Assembly: GCA_030264375.1 (NCBI GenBank)
Contig: JASCQW010000133.1
Location: forward strand, 27,852,733 to 27,916,732
Source of the DNA: Carcharhinus longimanus
Taxonomy: Eukaryota
Length of the DNA stretch: 64,000 nucleotides
Reading direction: 5' to 3'
This document shows positions 24,269 through 37,679 of this stretch, piece by piece. How positions within the stretch are numbered: the first letter of the stretch is position 1; every line of letters begins with the position of its first letter. The notes under the pieces were generated by a model. The model was given only the letters and a program-made list of their open reading frames with translations, searched no databases and was not told where the DNA came from. A program made the translations under genes and the position numbers.

Positions 24269-25115
24269 AGAGTACTATTTGACAAAGGAATCTTGTAGTC
24301 TTTTCCCTGTTCATGACTAGTCTTCTTGATTTTATTCTTTCACTCGTGCCCTTTTCATTTTTTTCTGTATAAGTATCTACTTCTCCCTCCTCTATTGGCT
24401 TCTCCTGGTTATTTCATCTTCCTGTGCTCCAGCTCCCTCATTCTGAGTTCAAAATCTTCTCACTTTCTTATTTAGCTGTTTTGACAATATATTGTGACCT
24501 TTCCTATTTACATACAATCTACTGAGTTAAGAACAAAGAACAAAATCAGCCTGGGAAACAGGCCCTTCGGCCCAACGAGCCCACGCCGCCATCTCAACAC
24601 CACCAGTCCCCCTCAACACTCTTCAGTTCTACAGCAGTTGAAGAACAACAGTTCTTCAACACTCACTGATACAAATTTCACATTGACTAACAAAACTCAA
24701 AAATTCCACCGATATTCTGCCGATTGTCTGCAACAGTAATTAGGCATTGAGAACAGGTTTAATGGATGCACATTATGAAGTGACTACTGTTTTGGATCCA
24801 TGTGTGTTCACATAACTGTCACTTATGCACAAGCCAAATGAAAATACAATTTTTTAAAAAATCTGCAGCACATCTAGTTTTAAAAATGTTGCATAATCTT
24901 TCTATACCTCCACCATAAAGGCTGTACAAGTGGACTTCTGCAAAATTTGAAGGGATAAAATACTAATGCTAAGAAATGCAAAATTGAGATCTGAATACTT
25001 CATATACGCAGAAAGTGCTGTAAGCCCAGCTTTAAAAGCATTGTCCAGATTAATAAAACTTTCTCCCATCCAATCTTATAAACGGAATTGCTAAAACCTG
25101 TAAAATTCTACATAC

Positions 25116-25221
25116 CTGACATCTTTCCCAACGGTCATAGAAGCAATCACTTTCTTCACTGCTTCTTTCTTCTTTTCCTTCTTGTCACTATTGAGCTCTG
25201 CTTTGAGCTCAAAGATTTCTC
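25116..25221 (-). CDS. AP1B1: AP1B1 exon 3, [34 protein letters not shown](S)
   Basis: 106 nt, AG/GT bounded, in frame with flanking exons. NSDKKEKKK and IASMT are AP1B1-type residues. Confidence 0.95.
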
Positions 25222-25769
25222 CTACAATTCGTAAAGAAAATCTTGGCATAATTTATCTTAACAGAAGGTTTTATTGTAACCAAAGTTTAATTATGCTTTT
25301 CATTTTTCAGAAATACATACTTTACAATTGCACATCGGCAATTCAACAGCACATCACAGCAAGTTAAACATATTTAACGACTTCCAACATCTTCAAGTTG
25401 AATGGAAGCAAGCAAACAAACAGTGTTACCATAATTTTATCTTCTCAATCCCACAGAAAACTACATTTCATTAAAATGTCTACCTCTGGTCATGTTCTCT
25501 ATTAAAGTTTAGCTGTTGTGTGCATTTATTTTTTCCAGTTCTTCAAATTATTTGCATGGCTGCACATACTATTTATCAAAAAATAACGTCTGCACAGCAC
25601 CTTTCAGCTGTTGCAAGGCCACCCACCCCCACAGCTTAGGAACACTGTCTATGGCTACCACAGATGACTATCCCTTTCCCCTATTTCCAATGTCCAAGAT
25701 GTTCATTTTTCATCTTCCCAATCCTCAACATAATCCACGTTTTAAGTTTTATGAAACAATACATCAATA

Positions 25770-26065
25770 GGGCAGATGGTAGCACAGTGCTTAGCACTCC
25801 TGTCTCACAGTGTCAGAGACATGGGTTGATTCCAGCCTTGGGTGACTCTGTCGTGTGGGGTTTGCATGTTTTCCCCATGTCTGCATGGATTTCCTGCAGA
25901 TGCTTCTGTTTCCTCAGTCCAAAAATATGCAGGTTAGATAAATTGGCCATGTTAAATTGCGCCTTAGCATCCCAAGGTTAGGGAAATTAGTAGGGTAAAT
26001 ATGGAAGTTACAGCAATAGGGCCTAAGTAAAATGTTCTATCGGAGCATTAGTGCAGATTCAATGT
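25770..26065 (+). mobile_element. HE1-type V-SINE, decayed
   Basis: Head and V-domain similarity. Confidence 0.75.
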
Positions 26066-26822
26066 AATACTGCATTGTATTTTTAAAGGTTCACTTTAGA
26101 AATCCTCAATGTTCCTTTAATTTTAAACTTGACTGATACCATGGCAAGTGAAAAAATAACAATGCAATGGTTTGTAAAGTTATGAATGGCAACATGATTA
26201 AACCCTAGAATTTACATGACTATTTAATTAGTCTCTACACAATTCATTTTAAGGAAAGCTATNNNNNNNNNNNNNNNNNNNNNNNNNNNNNNNNNNNNNN
26301 NNNNNNNNNNNNNNNNNNNNNNNNNNNNNNNNNNNNNNNNNNNNNNNNNNNNNNNNNNNNNNATTATGGCAACAATTACTGTAATCTGTTCCAGTCAACA
26401 AATGAGAAGTCTTAGAGATTCCATCAATGTTACAATCGTAAATTGCTAAGGGCAGAGTCATTTCCTTCAGTGTAATGTAATTTAGCATATCTAACCCTAT
26501 TTTAAGTAATTTAGCATATCTAACCCTATTTAAGAATGGCCTCCTTCTGCACTGTAGGGATACAGGGAGCTGTTGGGGATTAGGAGACAGTGCAGGTTAA
26601 CGAGATAAAAGGCAATGGACCAGTTGGAATTACTGCAAAATATGAATAACAGAGTTTCAGAAGTTTATAGTGGTTGAAGAATGGGAAATCAGCCAGGAGA
26701 GCATTGGAATAGTTTAATTTGGGGGTGAAATGGGCAAGAGTGGGAGTTTTAGTGGAAGATAGGTAGAGGCATAAAATGCCACTGAGGTGAAAATAGGCAA
26801 TCTTTACAATGGCGAAAATATT

Positions 26823-27164
26823 GGTGGCACAGTAGATAGCATTGCTGCCTCAGTGCCAGGGTTTGGTTCTGGTCTTGGGTGACTGTGTGGAGTTTGTTCG
26901 CTTTCCTTTGTCTGTGTGAATTTGCTCCAGGTGCTCCTGCTTCCTCCCACAGTCCAAAAATGGACAGGTTAGGTGGATTGGCCACACTAAACTGCTCCTT
27001 AGTGTCTAAAAATGTAAGGGTTCGGTGGATTAGCCTTGGCAAGTGTGCAGAGTTACGGGGATAGGGTGGTGGGGAGGCCCTGGGTAAGATGCTCTTTCAG
27101 AGGGTCAGTGTAGGCTTGATGGGTCGATTGGCCTCCTTCTGCACTGTAGGGATTTTATGGTTTA
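26823..27164 (+). mobile_element. HE1-type V-SINE
   Basis: Head, V-domain and tail. The tail is duplicated across the gap at 27265-27318. Confidence 0.8.
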
Positions 27165-29088
27165 NNNNNNNNNNNNNNNNNNNNNNNNNNNNNNNNNNNN
27201 NNNNNNNNNNNNNNNNNNNNNNNNNNNNNNNNNNNNNNNNNNNNNNNNNNNNNNNNNNNNNNNNTAGGCTTGATGGGTCGATTGGCCTCCTTCTGCACTG
27301 TAGGGATTTTATGGTTTACTCAATGGGATCCAAAGTGAACCTCAGAATCAAAAATGACAGATTATGAATAGTTTGGTTCATCTTGAGACAATGGTCAAGG
27401 AAAGGGATAGGATTAATGGCAAATGCTAATGATAATTGCTTCAACTGGGGGCAACTGCAGCACAATTCTTTTTGAATAACTTGTTATTGAATCATTTTCT
27501 TGTTTTAATATTAGATTTTACATTTTTCACATGCAAAGCTATTTCAACTACTCAAAATAAAATGTCGTACACTAAATCAAAGAAGTGAGAGACTGAGTGC
27601 TCTCCTAAAGATGGAATAATTTCTCCATCTTCCCCAGCAACCACCCCATCCCCTTAAACATGGATTGTGGTGCCCAGGGTTACCAACACTTCTTTATCCC
27701 ACTTGCACATTGAGGCCTGTCCTAGACTGAACCCAGAAGTAATTCAATACTGGTGATCTTTGTATGTTTACAAAATCTTGACGCTACTGCCAAAGTTGTC
27801 ATCAAAAACACGGCATAAGTTTGAAACCAGAGCAGATCTTTTAACTTGAGCCACTCACATTTATAACAAAGGTCATAACCTACTTTGTCCTTGAGTCCTG
27901 TATGGATAGAATAACATCTACCACAATACAAACACTATATCCGTTGAACTTTCCTATGCCCTCAGATAAAATGTTAATATAGCTGAAGAAAATACTTCGG
28001 AGAAGGCATCAATGTCATTACAACCTTGTAACCAATCGACAGTAGACAAATGTCAAACTTGGAAAAGTAAGCACCAACGTAACTGGTATTTGCAAATATC
28101 ATTGAAATACATGCTGATTAAATCCAACAATTTAACAACAATGTTAAATTCAAGTCTAACATTGTACGCATGTATATGCCCTAATGTCTTACACAACTAC
28201 AGTGAAGATGTTCATTTTTGTTTAGTCTAAGTACATCAGGAAACATTGCCATGGTAATGGATTCATGTCAAAAGTTCATTTGTCAAATTCTGCTCATTCC
28301 AGTTTCTTGAAAAATACCAAATCATTGGGGGGCAGGCACCATGTAGTTCGGTTATCATTATAAGGATAGCTGATTAGAATACTAATCATATAAAAGGTGG
28401 CAGGAATAAGGAGGAATAGGCATGTAGTAACCTTATCTTTATTCACCATATACTGGACAACACGCACAGCAGCCTGCTTAAAACTTTAGATATATCCTAG
28501 CATTACATCCTGGATAAAGGGACTGGAGTAAGCCTATAGAGAAACCATTAAAAATACAACATTTTATTATTAATATATAGTAAATTATTTATAAGTACAT
28601 GTTAAGTCAGAAAGTTGTGAGACTTGAGTACTAAATCTCTACTGCCACATTGTGCAAAACTAAGGAAGGGCTGCTCTATCAGAGGTGTTGTCATTCAAAT
28701 AAAACTGCATACTCTTTTTGTCAATTTACTAGAACGATTGCACAAGAGAAGGTACAAGGGGAGATTGTCAGAATGTTGCCAGGCTGCAGCATTTTAACTA
28801 AAAGGAAAGACTGCATAGACTGGGATTGTTTTCTTTGCAATGGAAGCGACTGAGAGGGAATTCAATTGAATTACATAAAATCAAGGGGCCTAGATAGAGT
28901 GGAAAGGAAGGGCTTATTTTTCTATGCAGAGAAGTCAATAATGGGGACGGGGGGGGGGGGAGAAACGGGCACAAATTTTAAAGAAAGAGGAATTGAGGAG
29001 AAATCCTTTGCACCCAGAAGGTTCAAGGATCTGTAACTCGCTTCCTTGATAGAGGCAGATCCTCTGCATTTAAAAAGTATGTAAATAT

Positions 29089-29872
29089 TGTGATTCAGTA
29101 CCTTTAAGTAGTGTTTTTTTTAAATCATGTACTCTGCAGCTATAAGCAAACTTAAGTTTGTTCTTCTCATTGTTGTCGGGCTGTTGTCAGAGTCTTTTTA
29201 TTGCTGCCTAAAAGGGGGTTTATTTATTTTTACTGGGATATTTACGACTCTGCATTGTTAGAAGAAAAAGTGGTTGGCAGGTCAGGTGATGGTTTTTTTT
29301 CCCATTTTCAATTCGGAGCTGCAGGTTTTAGTTTTAGAAGTGGCATCATGCTGAAAAGAAATCTCTCTTTTGCTGCTTTTCAAAATTCTGCTGGTTAGCT
29401 GAAAGCAAGGTCTTGCCTTTCTGAAGGGAGGAAATCGGATATTGGTAGCTTGCCTAGAGCCCCTGGTGTTTGGAGAAGCTGATCTAACTTCAAACACTTC
29501 TGAGTCTATCCAGAGAACTGCAGACTTCATCCAAAGGTCTGAGGTCCAGTATCACATGAGCAATAGTTTTTGCTGTGTTGAACCTGTGAAAAGGGTCTTT
29601 TGTCGACACATTAGTTTGATTGGAACACATTAGATATATTTGTTAAGGGTTATATTATGTTTGTTTTTGTTTGCAATAGATAAGCAGTCTTACTATTTTT
29701 CTTACTATACTTGTTAACTATATTCTTAAATAAACTTTGTTTGATAAAGCTCCCTAGTGGGTCATTTGAATCATACCTGAAATAAAACCTATCATGCTTA
29801 TCTTAGCCAAATTCAAGATACAAAACTTATGCTCCATAAAACACTTTGGAATTTCTGACCTGAGCCATAACA
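29089..29872 (+). mobile_element. Solo LTR (TGT...ACA, 784 bp) with 4-bp TSD ATAT, inside a decayed CR1 3' end (about 28610-29930)
   Basis: ATAT at 29085-29088 and 29873-29876. Internal AATAAA near 29729. CR1-like sequence resumes after the LTR. Confidence 0.8.
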
Positions 29873-30342
29873 ATATGCTCTTTAAAACTACAGACCAAAA
29901 ACTGGAAAATGGGATTAGGTTGGCTAGCCAACCAGCCTTCTTTTATGATATAAATTCTATGACTAAATTGAGCTTTCTCAAAATAAATTACAGGACATGC
30001 CTTTGAAAAAAAGAGTAGGGAAGAATCTTTCCAGTAACTTGGCCATCATTTATCCCTCAAACACCAGATTATTCAGTCATCTCATTGCTGTTTGTCGGAC
30101 CTTTCACGCCTAAATTGGTTGCTGTGTTTCTGCCATTTTAATAATATTACAGGATTTTGATCCTGCGACACTGATGCTTCAGTGATACATTTCCAAGACA
30201 GAATGATGTGCAACTTTGAGGGGAACTTTCAGGTGGTAGTGTTCCCATGCATCTGCTATCCTTGTCCTTCTTGATGGTAGCAGATGTAGGTTTGGAAGGT
30301 GCTATGTAAAGAGCCTTGCTGAGTCCTTGGAGCTTATCTTGT

Positions 30343-30620
30343 TGGCGGCACAGCGGTTAGCACTGCTACCTCACAGCGCCAGGGGCCCAGATTTGATTAC
30401 CAACTTGGGTCACTGTCTGTGCAGAGTCTACACATTCTCTCGTGTCCATGTGGGTTTCCTCTGGGTGCTCCGGTTTCCTCCCACGTGCTGGCTAGATGCC
30501 TTGGCCACGTTAAATTATCCCTCATTGTACCTGCACAGGCACCAGAGTGTGGTGACTTGGGGATTTTCATAGTAACTTCATTGCAGTGTTAATGTAAGCC
30601 TACTTGTGACATTAATAAAT
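30343..30620 (+). mobile_element. V-SINE, second subfamily, nested in a minus-strand LINE fragment (about 30180-30985)
   Basis: SINE head, V-domain and tail. Flanks match the LINE family at 49.2-51.5 kb. Confidence 0.8.
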
Positions 30621-32749
30621 ACGTTTGTGAGTGGCACACACTGCTGTCACTGTGTATTAGTGGAGGGAATGAATGTTGGTGGATGGGATGCCAATCAGAT
30701 GCCAATTCAGCTTTGTCCTGAATGGTGGCAAGCTTGAGTGTTGCTGGAACTGCATTCACGCAGACAAATTATTCCATCACGCTGCTGACTTACACCTTGA
30801 GGTGGTGGAAAGGCTTTGGAGGGGCAGGTGAATTACTCACCTCGGGATTCTTAGCCTCTGACCTAGTCTTGAAGCCACAGTATTTATATGGTTTACCCAG
30901 TTCAGTTTCTGATTAATAGTAACCCCCAGGATGTTTATAGTGAGGGATTCAACAACAGTAGTGCACTGAATGTCATGGGGTGATGGTTCTACTTAACACT
31001 AAAAGAAGAATTTTTCATTTTATAAAATGTACAGTTATAACTCTACACACTGTTGGAAGTGATACATTTTCAAAGATCTTTTCTAGATAGAATTAATCTC
31101 ATTTCAATACGTTAACTGATACATTAAGAGTCTGAACAGGANNNNNNNNNNNNNNNNNNNNNNNNNNNNNNNNNNNNNNNNNNNNNNNNNNNNNNNNNNN
31201 NNNNNNNNNNNNNNNNNNNNNNNNNNNNNNNNNNNNNNNNNNNNNNNNNNNNNNNNNNNNNNNNNNNNNNNNNNNNNNNNNNNNNNNNNNNNNNNNNNNN
31301 NNNNNNNNNNNNNNNNNNNNNNNNNNNNNNNNNNNNNNNNNNNNNNNNNNNNNNNNNNNNNNNNNNNNNNNNNNNNNNNNNNNNNNNNNNNNNNNNNNNN
31401 NNNNNNNNNNNNNNNNNNNNNNNNNNNNNNNNNNNNNNNNNNNNNNNNNNNNNNNNNNNNNNNNNNNNNNNNNNNNNNNNNNNNNNNNNNNNNNNNNNNN
31501 NNNNNNNNNNNNNNNNNNNNNNNNNNNNNNNNNNNNNNNNNNNNNNNNNNNNNNNNNNNNNNNNNNNNNNNNNNNNNNNNNNNNNNNNNNNNNNNNNNNN
31601 NNNNNNNNNNNNNNNNNNNNNNNNNNNNNNNNNNNNNNNNNNNNNNNNNNNNNNNNNNNNNNNNNNNNNNNNNNNNNNNNNNNNNNNNNNNNNNNNNNNN
31701 NNNNNNNNNNNNNNNNGATACATTAAGAGTCTGAACAGGAAAATTTAATCCAATTTGGAAAATGAGATTTACAAATCACCTGCAGGAAGAACTGAACACA
31801 TCCTATTTTGCTAGGCATCATAGAGATAGGAGGCAATTGGAAGTCTTTTGCCTCATAATTTAAAGCTATTACAATAGAAGTCTTGGGTGGACTGGAGATT
31901 ATGATATTTCAGTCCAAATGAAATACCATCTCAAATTTTTCATTGAAGCTTTCATTGATCTCTATGAAGGGCAGACTGCTGAGGTGCTCACTGCTCATTC
32001 AGGCTGTGCATTCCTACCATAATGCTCTTTTAATCTTTGCCACTATGCATATTATCCCTTTTTGCAGAATTGTTATTACCTTGTGATTTTAATTTTCATT
32101 ATGTTATGTTTAATCGTTATGTTAAAAATGTATTGAGAAAGATTTCTTCTTCCAGCTTTGGCATAGTGCCTTTTGTCTGCAGGACAGTGTGCTAAGTTAT
32201 AAATGGAAAAAATAAGCTCAACCAAGAATGCTGTTACATACACCAATGTCTACACAGCATTTGACTGCAAGCCAGAACTACATTAGGGGATACCTGTGAA
32301 AAGAAGCACAATTCCAAACTCCTGCTTGAGTGCAGCTCTAGACTGACATCATATGAATAACTGATTTCAATTGTCAGTGAAGAACACGTGGACTGGACAG
32401 GAAACATATTTTTCAATGCAACAAGCGACCTGTTGTACCCTTCTGTATATTACCACAATCGTGTACAGCATTTTATACAGCCTAACAGTTCCAAGCTTCA
32501 AACTTTCACAGTGAAGGAAAGAAAACCAGAAAAGGAACAGAACCTGAATATTCCAAACATGTTACTGTAACTGACCCATCAATAATCTCATAGTAACCAG
32601 TGTTAAACCAGCTTCATGCCTTCAAAAACGATTTATTTCTGCATAAATTACAGTAAACAAAGCTATATTAGTTTGCTTGCGGTTCACAATTCCTTAACAA
32701 TTTTATATTTGTTGCAATAAAAGAGAGAGATAGACAGGAATGTTGCTAC

Positions 32750-32786
32750 CTTTCTTGGTTGTTGTAAAATACTTAGAATCCGTCAT
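32750..32786 (-). CDS. AP1B1: AP1B1 first coding exon (exon 2 spans 32750-32808), MTDSKYFTTTKK(G)
   Basis: Read by hand: ATG at 32786-32784 in context ATCACCATG, 37 coding nt, acceptor AG at 32809-32810, donor GT at 32749-32748. TTTKKG is the AP1B1 form; AP2B1 has TTNKKG. Confidence 0.95.
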
Positions 32787-33499
32787 GGTGATCCTAGTGT
32801 TAGGTCTCCTAAAAAGAAAAAAAATGTTGATATTCCTGCTGATCCAGCAACATGAATATTCCAAACAGGAAAAGTAAAGTTACTGATTAATCAGTTTTGA
32901 GGTACAATGACCCTGCACTGAAATTTGTTTTGCAACTTGCCTATCTTTTAGCGGTTTAAGGTAATTCCTTCAAAAATATGCAAATTTGTCATAAAAAATG
33001 CTTTATTCCTTGCTCCAGTAACAACTTTGAATTTTAAAATTCTACACAACGTTGTTTACTTTATTTGTACACATCAATATCCATAAAGCAGCATTGATAT
33101 TAACGTAAGAAATTAAGAGGTGGGGGGCATATCCTGGTATTGTAGTTTACAGCAGGACCAATGACACAGGAAAGAGCAGAGAAGAGGTCTTGCTGAGGGA
33201 GTAACAGGGGCTGTGAACTAAATTTAAAAATGTTTGTAAGGGTGATAAAGTACCACCCAAACCACATTCTAACTGACAAAGGGATAGAAGATAGATAGAT
33301 TATGAAGGTGACTATATGGCTGAAAGTGTGTGGGAGGCAGAATTATATTTTGCGGGTCATTGGAACAGGAAAGATCTGTACAGCTGGGGCAGATGATACA
33401 AGGTCACAGTAGTTACAGTGGAAAGAATAAACTATAGATAAGACTTGAAACTATTAATATATGGGGGTGGGAGAAGATCTGGTAGAAATAACATCAACC

Positions 33500-36100
33500 A
33501 GGAGATATAACTGAAGGGAACACAAACAGTCAGGGAGCAGAAAAATTCATAGAATATAAGTATAAAGAGGGAGGAGAAGAATCAATAAAAATAAACTGGC
33601 TGTACAACAACATACATGATGTCTGGGGAAATTGGAGGTAATAATTCTTGGAAAGGAATCAGATGCAACTGAAACAAGGTAACAAAGAACAAGGCTGACA
33701 GTTAAGTACTGCAAGATATAGTATATGAGGAAAGGGAAGAGAAGAAAAGGGGTGCTGAGGTGGTTGCACTAATCAGAAAGAGCATTATAAAGAAGGTTAA
33801 CAAAGAAACAAAATTCATACAAATCATGGCAGAATAAGGGGGAATGGATTATACTTGTAGGAGTAAATTCCAGACCACCTAATGGTGGAAAGGGAGAATA
33901 GAAATAAGATCATAAAGCATAGGAATAGAAGTAGGCCATTTGGCCCATCAAGTCTGCTCCGCCATTCAATGAGATCACAATTGATTTGATATAATAATGC
34001 TCCATTCCATTTTCCTGCTTTACCCCAATAATCCTTCATTCCCTTACTGATTAAAACTTTGTCCACCTCAGCCTTGAACAAGCAAGTTTACAAAATTAGC
34101 AAAGGACACGGAATAATCATGAACGATTTCAGTAATCACCACCATCAAGCAGCCGCGATGAAGAGGAGCTTTTAATAAGTTTAAAGAGGAGTCCTGTCTT
34201 TGCCAGTACCCAAGGAGGTCAGCAACAGAAGGATCTATCTATAAGTGGGAACTGAACCATTAGAGAAATAAGGGTAGGACAACATCTAGGAAAACTATTT
34301 CAGATAAGGATTGAGCAAGAATTAAGACAAATAAACACCCAAGTAACAGATTGGGTAAAAATACTAATTACATGGGGCTGAGGATGAAACAATTGAAAGA
34401 GAGATAGAATGACAATGAGAAATCCTTAAAATGGGTGACCGAGACTGTTTAGAAGTATGTCCCATGAACAACCACTAAGAAACTGACTAATGAGAACCCA
34501 CTGATGAATAAAAACAGAAATAGAAGAATTTCCATAAAGAAAGAGATGACAAAAAGAAATGGAAAGGTAAGTAAAAAGAGCAATGATTAATTACGAAACA
34601 AAATGACCAAAGGGGAAAAAAATAAGTCTTTCACAGATAAATTTGCTGTATACAGTAGGTAAGGATAGAACTACCAAGGGATGCGCAAGATAAGTTTAAA
34701 CAGCTTGCACTTATAGATCATTAACATAGTAAATGTCTCAAGGTGCTTCAGGAGTATTGAATAAAATTTGACACCAAGTTGCGTAACCAGCATCAGTACA
34801 GGTTTTAAGTTGCATTTTGGAAGAGGACAGAGATAGAAAAGCAGCGAGGTTTAAGAAAGAATTTCAGAGTTTAGGGCCAAGGGAACTGAAGGCACAACTG
34901 CAAATGGTGGAGCAACTAAAATCAGGGATACATAAAAGGCCAGAATTGGGGGAATGCAAAGATTTCAGCGGCTAGCGGTAGGTAAAGGTAAGGTCACACA
35001 AAGGAATTGGTGAAAAAGCATTGCTGGAAGAGGAACCAAATAGATCAGTAAGCAGTGGGGTGAGGAATGATCGAGACTTGGCGCAAATTACCATATGGGT
35101 AAAGACAGGGAAATGGAAAAAGTTGTTAATAGTTAATTTTCTTCAGTTTTACTAGAAGGACTACCTGGATGGATATAACAATTTTAAAAAATCAAAAAGG
35201 ATAAAGACAATTAAGATAGAGAGGAGATAACTGCTAGACTAGTCAAGTTTAGAGAACTTTGCTATGGTCAAAATGGATTGCATCTCACATATGCAATGTA
35301 GCTAAGAGATAACAAAGTCACTTGAATACATGGATAGCGTTTTTAAAAACCAACGGAGTAGGGAATTGTGTCTAAAGGTTAGTGGACAATCAATATTATT
35401 CCTATATTCAAAAATGAAGATGAATAGGAGCTATTGAGCAGTTAGCTTAATATCACTGGTAGGAAAGATACTGGGATCTTCATTCAAATGTACAAAAGAA
35501 AAACATCTAGAAACAGAAAATACAATAAAGAACACTGAATGTCAGAATAATAGATAATTAGTTGATGCAACTTAGATGGTCTTTCAAAAGGCCTTCAAGG
35601 TACCATATAGTAGAATCAGGATGACAGTCAGAGTCTGTAGGATTCAGACAACAAATAGCAGAATGAATAGCAAATAGACTACAAAAGCAAAAAGTAGGAC
35701 TTAAAAGTGGTTACTCAGACTGGCCAAGGACAGATGTTATTTCACTGGGACTGATGTAGGAGCTGTAGTTTACAAAACAAAATTACATTCAAGAATTAGA
35801 AATATATCACAACTTACAGATTACACCAGATTGGAAAATACAGTTGATACTGAGAAAAAAAAAGAGAAAATACAAAACAACTTCAAAAAACCTGGACTGT
35901 GGATGTATAAACAACAAATTAATTTCAATTTAAGTGAGAGATGATACATCCTGGAAGGAGGGATAAGAAAGCTACATATTCATTGTAAAACAGTCTAAAT
36001 GGGATAAAGGCACAAAAGGACCCAGAAATATAAACAAACAAATTAATAAAAGTAGCCACACAGGTCATCAAAGCCACAAAAAGTGCAAGCAATCCATTGG
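33500..36100 (+). mobile_element. Ancient, heavily decayed CR1 ORF2 region with a nested inverted CR1 3' end (33905-34080)
   Basis: Purine-rich strand with remnants of CR1 motifs (GVNSRPPN, CTTTCAAAAGGCCTT, TTTCAATTTAAGTGAGAGATGATACATCCTGG). No intact ORF. Confidence 0.55.
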
Positions 36101-37059
36101 GTGGGAGGTGGAAAGCTTGGGAGATAAGCATTTGCATCAACCTATTAGGCCAAATAGCCTGATGATGTGTTGTAAACTTCTAAGAAATTACATATTGCAT
36201 TATTATATCATACATCATTCAGAATTATTCAAACTATTCTATCTAATTAATACCAACCCCCTGCTCTTTTATCACACTCTTGCACTTTTTTGCACTGCAC
36301 AGCTATCGCAAACAGCTTCTATTTTCAGTCACTCACCACAGACAGGTTAAGTATATTAAAATGGTACACAGCCAATTCCAGTGCCTTTGCCAAGGATGAG
36401 ATCAAATACTGCACACACAACACAATAACAGCCATTAAAATTTTGGCATGTTTTTAAACTTCATTATAGAGGTGATTTTTTTTTTAAAAAAGACAAAATA
36501 AAACAATTCCAAACCGAGAAAGAATGGGGATGCTGTTATGCTGCAGGCACCAGTTGAATCTAATGCCCAAACAGCGATCGATATAGGGTCAGCAGAGCAG
36601 ATTTTTCCTGTCCCTATCTGCCCAAGGCTAACATTGTACGTGTGTAACTGGATATTGTACGTGTGTAACTGGATTTTCTCTGTGTGCCTGAATCCCAGCG
36701 AAATTTCAAGGTTGAAGGGACAATATATGGTCCAAAAGCTCCCTCCAACCCCCGCCACTCAACCATGAAGCTCGTTTTCTCTCTCTTTTCTACGTTTGCC
36801 TAAATAACAGCGATAGCACTTCTAAGCCATTCGTGCCCGGAACCTTGAAACGGGCCCAGGCGTTACCTAAATGCAAGTTGTATGCCCAATGTAAGCAATT
36901 ATCAAAATCAGGGAGCCCTGAGCAATGAATTAGAAAAGGTGGGGGGGGGGGGAGGAGGTGTGGGGAAACAGAAACTGGGATTAATAAATCCCTGTTGAAC
37001 TGTTTATTTTGAAGGGAGCACGCATGATATTTTACAGCAATGCAGGTTTGACAACTCTG

Positions 37060-37640
37060 CCCGGAGGAGCGGGTACACCTGCTCCGGTCACACTGAGAGG
37101 CTCAGCCGCTCCGGGTATGTGGGGAGTCCGGGAGGCCCAGGCCAGACAGTTCACGTCCCGCGGGAGGCCCAACTCTCCCTCCCCCCGGGGACGCGGGGAG
37201 GGCTGGCGGGGGGGGGGGGGGGGGGTCGGTGGGGGGGCGGTGTGGGGTTGCTCTTGACTGGGGGAGTTTTGTGNNNNNNNNNNACGGTGCGGTGGACAGC
37301 ATCGACCCCCTCACACCCCCCAATACCCAACTTCCAGCCCCCCGCGACAATATTTCCTCCACCGCCCCCCTCCGTTTTCCTCTCGAATTTCAACCACCCG
37401 CTGGGGGAAAGATTTCTGAAATGAAGGCCACTCACCGCTGCTCGCCACTGGGTGCAAGTTGAGTTCAGAGGGGGTCCCCGGCCGGCGGATCGACTCCCTC
37501 CCCCTCTTCCTCCTCCACTCGCCAATCGAAGCTTCAAGATGTCCGCCCGTCGCCAAGCTGAACTGAGCTGTCAGCCGTTGAACCGGAAACAGTCCTGGCT
37601 GCTGCAGCTCTGCTTCCGGCTCACAGGTCAGGCTGGCCCG
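37060..37640 (-). promoter_or_regulatory. AP1B1: CpG-island promoter of AP1B1 with ETS/GABP-type and YY1-like motifs
   Basis: Strongest GC- and CpG-rich stretch in an AT-rich window. CCGGAA at 37583-37588 and CTTCCGG at 37613-37619 (ETS cores). CAAGATGTCCGCC at 37535-37547 resembles the YY1 motif CAAGATGGCGGC. It lies 5' of the ATG exon on the minus strand. Confidence 0.75.
37436..37600 (-). other. AP1B1: AP1B1 non-coding exon 1 (5' UTR); TSS approximate
   Basis: Strong donor CAGCG|GTGAGT on the minus strand (ACTCAC at 37430-37435) at the edge of the CpG island. No ATG in the putative exon. Confidence 0.65.
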
Positions 37641-37679
37641 GGCTCCCCCAACAGGTGCAATGCAGGCTGCTTGCACCAA

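Noticed and set aside
26478-26531. Short tandem duplications (also 36632-36673 and 56366-56402)
   Set aside because: Two-copy slippage-type duplications with no evidence of function.
31116-31741. Direct repeats flanking gaps (also 27110/27265 and 47061/47222) and long X-filled ORFs
   Set aside because: Identical sequence on both sides of N-gaps is most simply a scaffolding overlap artefact. The ORFs only span Ns.
2107-32786. AP2B1 as the gene identity
   Set aside because: Diagnostic residues ([34 protein letters not shown]) are AP1B1-type.
2107-37436. Intronic C/D snoRNA (human AP1B1 hosts SNORD125)
   Set aside because: I found no convincing C/D box pair with a terminal stem by eye. As I recall, the human snoRNA lies in a 3' intron that would fall outside this window. 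An Rfam scan would settle it.
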